Source: Bacteroidota bacterium (GTDB taxonomy: Bacteria > Bacteroidota > Bacteroidia > Bacteroidales > VadinHA17). From it: a stretch of DNA of 64,000 nucleotides. The position numbers and the translations under genes are program-made. The notes beneath the pieces are model-generated. The model was not told the DNA's origin. It saw only the letters and a program-made list of their open reading frames with translations, and ran no database searches. The first letter of the stretch is position 1. Each line of letters begins with the position of its first letter. Shown here piece after piece: positions 1 through 9,100 of this stretch. The stretch is from the NCBI GenBank assembly GCA_012729475.1, contig JAAYDB010000068.1, forward strand, positions 23,697 to 87,696, in the 5' to 3' direction.

Positions 1-286
1 TTGCAGACGACTGTACCCTGTTTTGTTCTGCTGAAGGAGTCCGACTTTCCCTGTTTACCCGTGTATCATTAGTGGATCTCTGATTAGAGACGGTTCCTCT
101 TTCAGTATTGGCTGCCCGGCTGTTGACAGACCTCTGTTCAGTCGCAACTCTTCTTTCCCTGTTAGTTGAGGCATTGCCTGACGATCTCTGATCGGAGATA
201 CTCCTTCTCTCAGTGTTTGAAGCCCTGCTGTTGGCAGCTCTCTGATCGGCAGAGGTTCTCCTTTCTCTAACCATCACTGTATTTGT
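1..286 (-). repeat. Degenerate tandem coding repeats (51-57 nt, 17-19 aa units) at the 3' part of the hidden gene; array continues past the window edge
   Basis: Five consecutive units read by hand. TNTVMVRERRTSADQRAA (286..233), NSRASNTERRSISDQRSSG (232..176), NASTNRERRVATEQRSV (175..125), NSRAANTERGTVSNQRST (124..71), NDTRVNRESRTPSAEQNRVQ... (70..). Shared core is N-x-x-x-x-N/V-T/R-E-R/S-R/G-x-x-S/T-D/N/E-Q-R. Confidence 0.6.
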
Positions 287-1162
287 GGCTGTTCTCCTGG
301 TGCGATCCGGGTGTAATTTGGTGAAGAGTACTTCTCCTTCCCTTCTCTGTTCAGGTCTGTTATATGTATTCTTGTAATTACCTTTGTTTATGTTTACTAC
401 CACAACCGGAGAGTAAACCCGTATTCTGTTATAGTAGAAGTCATTGTATCTGGCATATCTTGGGTAATCCCAGTGGCGGTAATGTCTGTAGTAGTGGTGG
501 TACCAGTTGTAGTGATAACCGTAGTAGTAGTGCCAGTAGTGTGCTCTCCATGGACGCCAGTAAGAAGGGTAGTAACCCCAGTACCATGATGAGCGCCAGA
601 TAACGTAGTTTGGCATGTAAATGTACCTTATGACCGGCCATAAAGATACCTGATAAGGTGTGGTATTTACCACTGTTACATTTGTCACTCTGGCTGCTCC
701 TGTTGATCTTCCCATGTAACCAGGATTTGGTGTTTCATTGTAAATGGGCTCTATGATGTAATTCTTACCGTACAGAGCTTCATCACCAATGAGCTGTATC
801 TGGGCAGAACCGTCAGAGAACTTCTCTACAACAAAGACTGCAACATCCTGACTCTCCTTCCGGTCAAGGGCTACCCTTAACACTATTGAGTGGACATTCC
901 CATCAGGATAGTCAGTGACCGTGATGTAATCAACGTAGTTGTCTCCGTTAAGATCCAGGTTATTTATCCTGGAATTCTCGTCATTAAGATTTCTCTCAAA
1001 TGCTTCAAGTGTTTCTGATTCCTGGAATAGCTTCATCACTGCATAAAGATTCAGATTGTCTCCGGGCAGTCCCAGATATTCTTCAGGATAATCCTGCGCC
1101 TTAACTGTGGTCGCGAGGGCGACCAGGACTGCGAGAATTGATGTGGTTATTAGCTTTTTCAT
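1..1162 (-). CDS. Secreted protein of unknown function, partial (C-terminus lies beyond window start); absent from supplied ORF track
   Basis: Own translation of the minus strand from ATG at 1162..1160: MKKLITTSILAVLVALATTVKAQDYPEEYLGLPGDNLNLYAVMKLFQESETLEAFERNLNDENSRINNLDLNGDNYVDYITVTDYPDGNVHSIVLRVALDRK... The frame stays open to position 1 with no stop, which explains why a start-to-stop ORF finder missed it. The N-terminus looks like a signal peptide. Confidence 0.7.
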   Translation of the reverse strand, partial: MKKLITTSILAVLVALATTVKAQDYPEEYLGLPGDNLNLYAVMKLFQESETLEAFERNLNDENSRINNLDLNGDNYVDYITVTDYPDGNVHSIVLRVALDRKESQDVAVFVVEKFSDGSAQIQLIGDEALYGKNYIIEPIYNETPNPGYMGRSTGAARVTNVTVVNTTPYQVSLWPVIRYIYMPNYVIWRSSWYWGYYPSYWRPWRAHYWHYYYGYHYNWYHHYYRHYRHWDYPRYARYNDFYYNRIRVYSPVVVVNINKGNYKNTYNRPEQRREGEVLFTKLHPDRTRRTATNTVMVRERRTSADQRAANSRASNTERRSISDQRSSGNASTNRERRVATEQRSVNSRAANTERGTVSNQRSTNDTRVNRESRTPSAEQNRVQSSA

Positions 1163-1530
1163 TTTTGTAAGTATTAGAAGATTCAGTTCTTCATTATTTA
1201 TACATCAAAAGCTGTACCAAAGTTGCAATAGTGAGGTAAAACGGGCATCTGAGACTTGTTTATCAAGCCTTGTCCTTAATCCACAGAAAGCAGATATGCA
1301 GCTATTTAGTGTTATTTCCATAACGCTTCATTTTTTTTTGAATATTGCCCACAGGACCTCTTAAAACAGGAATATTGCTGTAAATATCCTAACACGCTTT
1401 TAATATTCTTTTCTGTATAACAGGCTTCTGTTTGTCCGGGATTTATATTTTCAGTGATAATTTAAGTAAATGAGGCACAGTTAATGACCAAATCAATAAT
1501 CCAGCATGAAAGTTGCTTGATTTAAATTTG

Positions 1531-1538
1531 TATATTTG
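1531..1538 (+). promoter_or_regulatory. Candidate Bacteroidota sigma-A -7 box (TATATTTG)
   Basis: Exact match to the TAnnTTTG -7 consensus described for Bacteroides-type promoters, 42 nt upstream of ATG 1580. Motif match only. Confidence 0.3.
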
Positions 1539-1579
1539 ATACAATATATATACCTGATCGTAACTCTAAGACCAAAAAA

Positions 1580-2302
1580 ATGGCGAAATATCTTAATATT
1601 GGGTTTTTCATTATAATGTTGGTAATGAATTATCTGGCAAATGCACTTCCTTTAAATAATAAAACCACAGGACAGTTGTCGGATTCTCTTCCTAATTTAT
1701 TTGTCCCTGCAGGGATTACATTTTCCATATGGGGATTAATATACCTTCTTTTGATTATTTATTGCATTATTCAATTTACTGCTTCTGATCAGCAAGTAAT
1801 AGATAAAATATCCTGGTTATTCGGATTGTCGTGCATGTTTAACGCGCTGTGGATTGTGGTATGGCATTATCAGAAAGTTCCTCTCTCGGTTTTGGTGATG
1901 GCAGGCCTGCTGGTGACTCTTATAGTGATCAATATTCATATAAAAAGCCTTTCCTATGGTTTAATAAAGGTAGCTTTCGGTATTTATCTCGGATGGATAT
2001 GTATAGCAACAATAGCCAATATCACTGCACTTCTGGTGTATTATAACTGGAATGGCTTCGGTATGCCCGAAGCTACCTGGACTATCATTATGATTATTAC
2101 CGGAGCTCTTCTTGTTTCTGTTTCGATAGTGAGATTAAATAATCCCTATATCGGACTGGCAGTTATCTGGGCTTTCACAGGAATATTTATCAAAAGACAG
2201 GAAGATTACCGTACAATAGCATTTACAGCCATTGCAGGACTGATAATTGTATCTGTCATTACCCTGCTTGCCTTTCTGAGGAAAAATATCAGACTCTTCT
2301 GA
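1580..2302 (+). CDS. Polytopic membrane protein, TspO/MBR (tryptophan-rich sensory protein)-like
   Basis: 240-aa ORF made almost entirely of hydrophobic helices. The N-terminal motif ANALPLNNKTTGQLSDSLPNLFVPAGITFSIWGLIYLLL matches, from memory, proteins annotated as TspO/MBR family. Family assignment not verified. Confidence 0.5.
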   Translation: MAKYLNIGFFIIMLVMNYLANALPLNNKTTGQLSDSLPNLFVPAGITFSIWGLIYLLLIIYCIIQFTASDQQVIDKISWLFGLSCMFNALWIVVWHYQKVPLSVLVMAGLLVTLIVINIHIKSLSYGLIKVAFGIYLGWICIATIANITALLVYYNWNGFGMPEATWTIIMIITGALLVSVSIVRLNNPYIGLAVIWAFTGIFIKRQEDYRTIAFTAIAGLIIVSVITLLAFLRKNIRLF

Positions 2303-2332
2303 TAATCTTAACCGGCAAGTATGCTGTTAAAG

Positions 2333-2360
2333 AGGGAAATTAAAAGGATTCCCTTTTTTT
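2333..2360 (+). terminator. Candidate rho-independent terminator after the TspO-like gene
   Basis: Stem AGGGAA (2333..2338) / TTCCCT (2349..2354) with a 10-nt loop, followed by a T7 run to 2360. Lies 31 nt after the stop at 2302. The stem is short. Confidence 0.4.
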
Positions 2361-2494
2361 ACCAACTAATGTCGTTTTTTATTATATTTCTTATCTTATT
2401 CTACATAGTCTTATTAATTTCGTAAATTGATTCATCAAGGTGGATGGATATAAATTCATTATAAATGTTTGTTTAATTCATTAAAAACTCTGTT

Positions 2495-3010
2495 ATGTCA
2501 AAATCATTTTTTTTATCAGTGTTATCATTTTCCCTGATCATTATTTTATTTGCCGGATGTAGTAAAGAGGGTGGAGAAGTCTATAATATTTTTTCAGTTG
2601 AGGGATGTTCAATAGAAGAATATAATGCCGATTATTTACCTGAAACAGTTTCATATATTCCATCACGCCTGTGGAAGTGTGAAAATGTAATGTACAGGAC
2701 TAATATACAAATTTCTCTTTATCCTTCTGCAGCAATAATACTTGAAGTATATAATACTTCTGCAGTTACTACAATACCTGAAGGCACTTTCACTATGGGC
2801 GCATCGTGTAATGAAGGTTTTACTGCAGGGTTTTATCCCAATCCGGGTGGTAAAACGCAGGGATTGTCATTTTCAGCAGGTTCTCTCACTATTGAAAAAA
2901 GGGATGGGGATTATTATATTGCTGTCAATTTATCAATAGAGCAGGAATCCGGAGGAGGTAATCTGATAGGTAATTTCAAGGGTGTTCCTTCAGAAATGAC
3001 ATCAAGATGA
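2495..3010 (+). CDS. Lipoprotein of unknown function
   Basis: 171-aa ORF. N-terminus MSKSFFLSVLSFSLIIILFAGCSKEG carries a lipobox-like FAGC after a hydrophobic core. No family recognised. Confidence 0.7.
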   Translation: MSKSFFLSVLSFSLIIILFAGCSKEGGEVYNIFSVEGCSIEEYNADYLPETVSYIPSRLWKCENVMYRTNIQISLYPSAAIILEVYNTSAVTTIPEGTFTMGASCNEGFTAGFYPNPGGKTQGLSFSAGSLTIEKRDGDYYIAVNLSIEQESGGGNLIGNFKGVPSEMTSR

Positions 3011-3323
3011 GACGAGATAGCTGCAAGTAATAGGATTGTTCAACCGTTATCAGGAGGGGAAAGAGCTGTTTTACCATAATAAGCATAGCAGAAATGGTTT
3101 TGAAACCTTTGACAAGGGTCAACTGCTTTGAAGTGAAAGCGGAATTTGTTACAGATTCGGAACTGGCTTTCTGTAATACTCCATCTGTTTTGCAGGAGGA
3201 AGTAATAAGAAAGGAAGATATCATTGATTTTATCTTTGTATTTCAGACTGATGGTTCATTGAACCGGGCACCTATCCCGGGACGATAGAAGTTAATACGA
3301 TTAGGATATTCCCTTAGCGTACA

Positions 3324-3884
3324 TCATAATGGTCCTGCTTTAGCGGCGGTAATACATTTGAAGAGTTCTTTAATAAAAGAAGCAGCTCTTTTGTCAAGGG
3401 CAGACTTATCTACAGGCAAACCGTCTTTATTGAAAAGGTCGTCTACCCTCGGTACCGGAAACATAGCAGGAACAGTCAGGGCTTTCATTTTCCAGAGAGT
3501 AAACTGAAGTGAAGTAATTACCTGTGAACCACCGAAGATACCATCAGATACTGTCGATATTGCTACCGGTTTATGACGCCATTCATCGGTTAACAGATCA
3601 ATGATATTTTTCAGACTGGCCGGATAGCCGCCATTGTATTCAGGAGTTACAATGATTACGCCATCAGCTTCACGTACTTTCTCAGCAAATGTGAGTGTGG
3701 CGGGTGAAGGACTCTCCTGAAAACGAAGTCTTTCATTAAAAAGAGGGAAGTTGTATTTCTTAAGATCAAGTATCTCTGCATCCGAGAGATCATTCTCTAA
3801 GAGATAATTCTCGAAATATGATGCAACAACATGGCTCTTCCTGTTTATTCTTACACTTGATGAGATAATAATTATTTTCAGCAT
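3324..3884 (-). CDS. NAD(P)H-dependent FMN reductase family oxidoreductase
   Basis: 186 aa. Flavodoxin-like N-terminus MLKIIIISSSVRINRKSH and the motif VIIVTPEYNGGYPASLKNIIDLL typical of the NADPH-dependent FMN reductase family. Confidence 0.8.
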   Translation of the reverse strand: MLKIIIISSSVRINRKSHVVASYFENYLLENDLSDAEILDLKKYNFPLFNERLRFQESPSPATLTFAEKVREADGVIIVTPEYNGGYPASLKNIIDLLTDEWRHKPVAISTVSDGIFGGSQVITSLQFTLWKMKALTVPAMFPVPRVDDLFNKDGLPVDKSALDKRAASFIKELFKCITAAKAGPL

Positions 3885-4069
3885 ATCATTGGTATTATTC
3901 TGTCAGATGAATGATTCTTTTTCTTAATTCTGTATTCGCGGACCGGAGAGCACCCGGCGAAGCCAAAATCTCTGCAATATTGTGTATAATTCCTGATACT
4001 CATTTTAAAAAAACAAAGAAGGAGAAGATTATTTATATTTCCTTTGCAGGTTAAATATAAGAAAAGATA

Positions 4070-5422
4070 ATGAAAGGTAGTGCTGATGATCTGCGGAATG
4101 AAAAGCTGGGTAAGTTACTCCTGAGTTATTCTTTGCCTGCTATCATTGCTACTTCAGCAGCATCATTGTACAATATCACCGACAGGATCTTCATTGGTCA
4201 GGGTGTAGGTCCTCTCGCCATATCGGGTTTGGCTTTAACCTTTCCCCTGATGAATATTACAGCGGCTTTTGGTGCAATGGTTGGTGTTGGTGCCAGTGCT
4301 ATGGTATCTATACGTCTGGGACAACACGACAGGAGAGGGGCAACACAAATTCTCGGTAATGCAGTTATGTTGAATATCATTCTGGGGATCTCCGTAGGTC
4401 TGATTGCTTTGATTTTTCTTGAACCGCTCTTGTATGCCCTCGGAGCAAGTATAGATACATTTCCCTATGCCAGGGAGTATATGCAGGTTGTTCTGGCCGG
4501 CACTGTTTTTACTCATCTTTATCTTGGGATGAATAATATTATGAGGGCATCAGGCTATCCCTCAAAGGCTATGGTTACTACCCTCATTACTGTTGGCGTC
4601 AATCTTATTCTGGATCCGTTTTTTATTTTCTTTCTGGGCTGGGGTATACGTGGTGCAGCCATTGCAACGGTGTTGTCACAGATTGCAGGAACTATCACTG
4701 TAGTAGTACATTTTGTTAAAGGAAAGAGTTTTGTTCACTTTCTGCCAGGTTACATGAAGCTTAAGAAATTGATAATAGGTGATATTATTTCAATTGGAAT
4801 GTCTAATTTCCTTATGCTTATAGCCGGTAGTATAGTTATAACATTAATAAATATCAGTCTTGGCAGATATGGAGGTGATCTGGCTGTAGGTGCTTTCGGT
4901 ATAGTGTACAGTATAACCAATCTTGCTGCAATGGTAGTAGTGGGACTTAACCAGGGGATGCAGCCCATAGTTGGTTATAATTATGGGGCACTGAAAACCG
5001 AACGTGTGCTTAAGGCTTTCAAAATGACAGTGTTTGCTGCCACTGCTGTAACAAGCTTTATGTTTCTGTTTGCTGAGATCTTTCCCGGAATGATAGCAAG
5101 GGCTTTTACAAAAAGTCCCGATCTCATTGGTCTGACAGTACGGGGCATGCGATTAAACCTCATGGTGTTTCCCATTGTAGGATTTCAAATGGTTACATCC
5201 AGTTTCTTCCAGTCTATAGGTAAAGCCAGATTCTCAATATTCCTTTCTCTTACACGGCAGGTCCTCTTCCTGATCCCTGCCCTTCTTATTCTTCCGCGTT
5301 TCATAGGGCTTGATGGTGTCTGGCTGGGGGGACCTGTATCAGATTTTTCATCTTCCCTGCTAACACTTTTTGTTCTTAAATGGCAGATAGGGATACTTAA
5401 AAAAAGACAATTCCCTATATAA
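4070..5422 (+). CDS. MATE family efflux transporter
   Basis: 450 aa, about 12 hydrophobic segments. N-terminal LLLSYSLPAIIATSAASLYNITDRIFIGQGVG and internal GMQPIVGYNYGA motifs are typical of MATE/NorM-like transporters. Confidence 0.9.
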   Translation: MKGSADDLRNEKLGKLLLSYSLPAIIATSAASLYNITDRIFIGQGVGPLAISGLALTFPLMNITAAFGAMVGVGASAMVSIRLGQHDRRGATQILGNAVMLNIILGISVGLIALIFLEPLLYALGASIDTFPYAREYMQVVLAGTVFTHLYLGMNNIMRASGYPSKAMVTTLITVGVNLILDPFFIFFLGWGIRGAAIATVLSQIAGTITVVVHFVKGKSFVHFLPGYMKLKKLIIGDIISIGMSNFLMLIAGSIVITLINISLGRYGGDLAVGAFGIVYSITNLAAMVVVGLNQGMQPIVGYNYGALKTERVLKAFKMTVFAATAVTSFMFLFAEIFPGMIARAFTKSPDLIGLTVRGMRLNLMVFPIVGFQMVTSSFFQSIGKARFSIFLSLTRQVLFLIPALLILPRFIGLDGVWLGGPVSDFSSSLLTLFVLKWQIGILKKRQFPI

Positions 5423-6128
5423 ATTTTTCCCTCCTCTGAAGATTGAATAAGGCAGCTAAAAGGAATAAAACTGAAGCTGTGATAAGAATTATGCGGTTCT
5501 TCAAAGTGATAATTGCCCATGTAGCCTCACTGACCCCATAAGCTGTATTGAATGGATTATGAAACAGGTTCCACTGGCTTTTTAACAAAGGGTCATCAAG
5601 GATCATAAAAAAGAATCCAAAAATAATCATTACCACTGCTGTCCCGTTGCCGTTTCTGATAAGGGTTGAAAACATAAATGACATCATCCCTATAAACAGA
5701 ACTGGTATCATTACATGAACAGTTACAGGGATAATAGGAAAGCGTACAATCAGGACAGAAGAGATAAAAGTGAAGATCAGCATAATAACAAAAGCAATAA
5801 GAAATATCAGAATTATTCTTACCAGCCAAACCTTATATCTGTAATCGGGGATACCGAAAAGTATCTCTATGGTGCGTGCATCCTGATCATTCTGGATTCC
5901 AAAGGTTGAAGGATAAAAGACGAGAAGGATGCCCGAAAAAAGAAATACGCCATAGAGGTCGGACATTTCTGATATGTCGTTCGTGAAAACATATAAGACA
6001 GACAAACCAAGGTAAAAAAATATTGATCCGGCAAGAAACCACATGAATTTATTCGCAAATATGATCCTCAGATTATAGAAGATCATCATCCGGATAAGAA
6101 TAAAAAGGTTAGAGATTTTTTTGATCAT
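5415..6128 (-). CDS. ABC-2-type transporter permease (6 predicted TM), last gene of the hybrid efflux operon
   Basis: 237-aa hydrophobic protein with about 6 helices. It starts 10 nt after the stop of the RND-ABC fusion gene. No ATPase gene of its own, so I infer it pairs with the fused NBD. Confidence 0.6.
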   Translation of the reverse strand: MIKKISNLFILIRMMIFYNLRIIFANKFMWFLAGSIFFYLGLSVLYVFTNDISEMSDLYGVFLFSGILLVFYPSTFGIQNDQDARTIEILFGIPDYRYKVWLVRIILIFLIAFVIMLIFTFISSVLIVRFPIIPVTVHVMIPVLFIGMMSFMFSTLIRNGNGTAVVMIIFGFFFMILDDPLLKSQWNLFHNPFNTAYGVSEATWAIITLKNRIILITASVLFLLAALFNLQRREKFI

Positions 6129-6138
6129 GTTTTTATTA

Positions 6139-9100
6139 TTATGTTCTTCTCAATAGCCAGAGATATGCATCTTCCAGGTTAGGTGTTGCCGCAACAGCTT
6201 CTTCCCATGGCCTGAATTCAGAAATAACACGCACCCTTATTTTTTCTCCTTCCAACATATGGTGTACTACAAGATTTTCCTTAACAAATTTCCCAAAGTC
6301 TTTTTCCGGAATATAAAATTGCCATACATGTCCTTCCGCTTCTTTGATCATATCAACAGGCTTGCCGGTATATCGGAGTTTGCCTTTGTCCATGACTGCA
6401 ATTTTATTACAGGAGCTTGATATGTCTTCAATAATATGGGTTGAAAAAATCACTACCCGCTCACGACTCAGTTCTGCCAGCAGGTTTCGGAATCTGATTC
6501 TTTCTCTTGGATCCAGGCCGGCAGTAGGTTCATCAACAACAAGTATCCTGGGAAGATGCAGAAGGATAAGAGCTATTCCTATTCTCTGTTTCATCCCTCC
6601 TGAATATGAGCCTATCTTTTCATGCCTGCGTTCTTCCATATGAACTGATCTGAGGACATAATTAACCCTTTCTTCACGGGCTTTCAGATCAGTTATATTC
6701 TTTAACATAGCCTGATAATGCAGATATTCATGGGCTGTCATGTTTTCATAACTTCCGAATTCCTGAGGGAGATAGCCAATCAGTCCCTGCAGTTCTTCCC
6801 GCTTTTCCTGAGTATCCAGTCCGTTGATCCATACTTTCCCGTAACTCTGTTCCAGTATGCCGCATATAATTCTCATAAGAGTGGTTTTACCTGCCCCGTT
6901 AGGACCCAGCAAACCAAACATTCCGTTACCAATGTTAAGAGAAATACAGTTAAGTGCCTTGAAAGGTGTTTTCTTTTTGCCGATAATAGGGACAGAAGCA
7001 ACTGCCTTATAGAAAGTTTTTCGCAAACTTTTAAACCTGCCCTGAAGGCGGTTTATATCTGTTTTGTCTCTCGTCAGTCTGTTCCCTGTTTTATATATTA
7101 TAAGGGAGGAATACCATAATAATCCTATAAACAGAACAGTAGCGATATTATTCCATTTTAAGTAGAAAAATATAAGATTACACATTGGGATGATCCAGAT
7201 AACAACAAAACCGGAAATTCTTATGACTGTTTTAATCAGACGGTTTTTCTCTTCTGAATATTTATTTGCAAGAACTTTCCTGACGGAGTTCCATTGTCCT
7301 GACAGAAAGAGCCAGGTAACAATACTGAAAGAAAATATCCAGAAACCTTTCTTAAGATAGAGGTAGGTAAAATATATTATGAAAACAAAAACCGGCAGTT
7401 GCCATAATAAATTTGACAGATCTTTCCAGTCAGTGTATTTGTTATTGTATCCGAGGCGTTCTCTTATCCTGGCACCGGCTTTCCATTCTCTTTGCCATCT
7501 GTTTTCCCTGTCATATATTTTTACCAGACTCTGAATATGGATACTGATTTTTTCATTTTTGGGAATAACAGTTTCTCTGGCTTTTCTCAGACTGTTGAGT
7601 ACAAACCATGTTCCTGATGGAACAACTATCAGGGCAAGGATCGTTGTGATGAGCTGCCATAGAAATTTATCTATTAATCTGTATATAATGAATAATAGCA
7701 ATATAAGTATGATTCCCTGGATGATTTTGTTTTTCCAGGATAGAGATTTAATCCACTCCAGTGAATTTTCAAGACCTGAATAAAATGTTGGAATAAATAC
7801 CAGGGTCAGAAGTGAGCTCATTGCAAGACCTCCTATGACTGTGATGGCGAAAGTAGCACCGACTACCGATACATATTCAGTTTTACCCATTGCAAGAGGA
7901 ATAAGGGCAATGACAGTGGTTGCGGCCGTGATTAGTATCGGCCTTAGCCTTGCCATCCCGGCTATCATGAGTGCCCTTGAACGTCTGTAGCCCCTGTTTC
8001 TTAAAACCCTGGTATAATCGATAAGAATAATACCATTATTAACAACAATACCGAGTAAAATAAGAAAGCCGATCAGGGTGTTCAGGTTAAGCAGGGAATT
8101 ATCTGTCAGAATAAGTGAAATTATTGAACCGAGACCAGCCAGAGGGATACTTAATAGAAGTACGAAAGGAATCCACAATGATTCGAAAACTGCAGCAAGA
8201 ACCATAAAGATAAGGATAAAGGCAATTTTAAGAGGAGAGTAAAAATCCCTGAGGGCATCTTCTTCATGTATCACTTCGACTGCAAGGCTTGTTGAATGAT
8301 TAAGAGCCGCTACAACATTTTCGATTTCTTCTCTTGCGTTTTCAAGCAGCTCTTTCGAATCGTTTATTTCATCTTTAAAAGCATAGGTGACAGTGATCTG
8401 CTTTTCCTGGTTTTCGCGATGAATATTGCCCATTCCATAAGAATAGATTATATCTGCCAGGTCGTCCATGGAGGCTATTGAACCTTCAGAAGAAGATACT
8501 TCAAGGTTTATCAGATCATCTATTGTCTTGTCATTATCATCACTCCTGCCTTCATCATCTTCATATTTGAGTATTATTGAATAGCTGTCGGTTCCGTCAC
8601 TGAATGTAGCTCCTGATGTATATTCACGTCCGAATGTTAAGAGGGCTGCAGAGATATCATTGAGGGAGAAGCCTGAACGGTTTATGTAATCCATATCGAA
8701 ATTAAGATGAACTTCCGGGCTTGCAGACTGGATATTAAGACTGACATTATTTATTGACTGCAGATTATCCAGGGAGGCTTCAATATCTTCTGCCAGTCTG
8801 CGCATATTTTCAAAATCCTGACCTTTAATTATTATCTTTTCATTTTGTGAGCCAAGACCAAGAAGGTTCATGATATTACCTCCCATCTGTTCTTCGGAAT
8901 TTTCTTCTGTGGACATAAAACCTCCACTGGCCGATAGTTCATCAAGATTTACCTCAGCCCCGGTTATATTTTTTGTTTTCTCACTTATATCATTTTTTAT
9001 GCCGGCAAGCTCACGTTTACTGTTTTTATTCCAGTCTTTTGCCAGGTTTATTATGACAGTGGCCCTGTCTTCTTCAATCCTGGAAATAATATCTTTTTGT

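Noticed and set aside
364-641. Track ORFs 364..603 (+) and 441..641 (-)
   Set aside because: Both lie inside the long minus-strand frame I translated (1..1162) and are wrong-frame or wrong-strand shadows with Ser/Cys/Leu-rich composition.
1107-1364. 85-aa GTG-initiated plus-strand ORF
   Set aside because: It overlaps the signal-peptide-coding 5' end of the hidden minus-strand gene and then runs through AT-rich intergenic DNA. No motif or plausible fold.
5415-5422. 8-nt overlap of the convergent MATE and ABC-2 permease gene ends, and similar convergent overlaps at 45868..45875 and 61433..61455
   Set aside because: Short 3'-3' overlaps are common in compact genomes. No hairpin or regulatory feature is evident.
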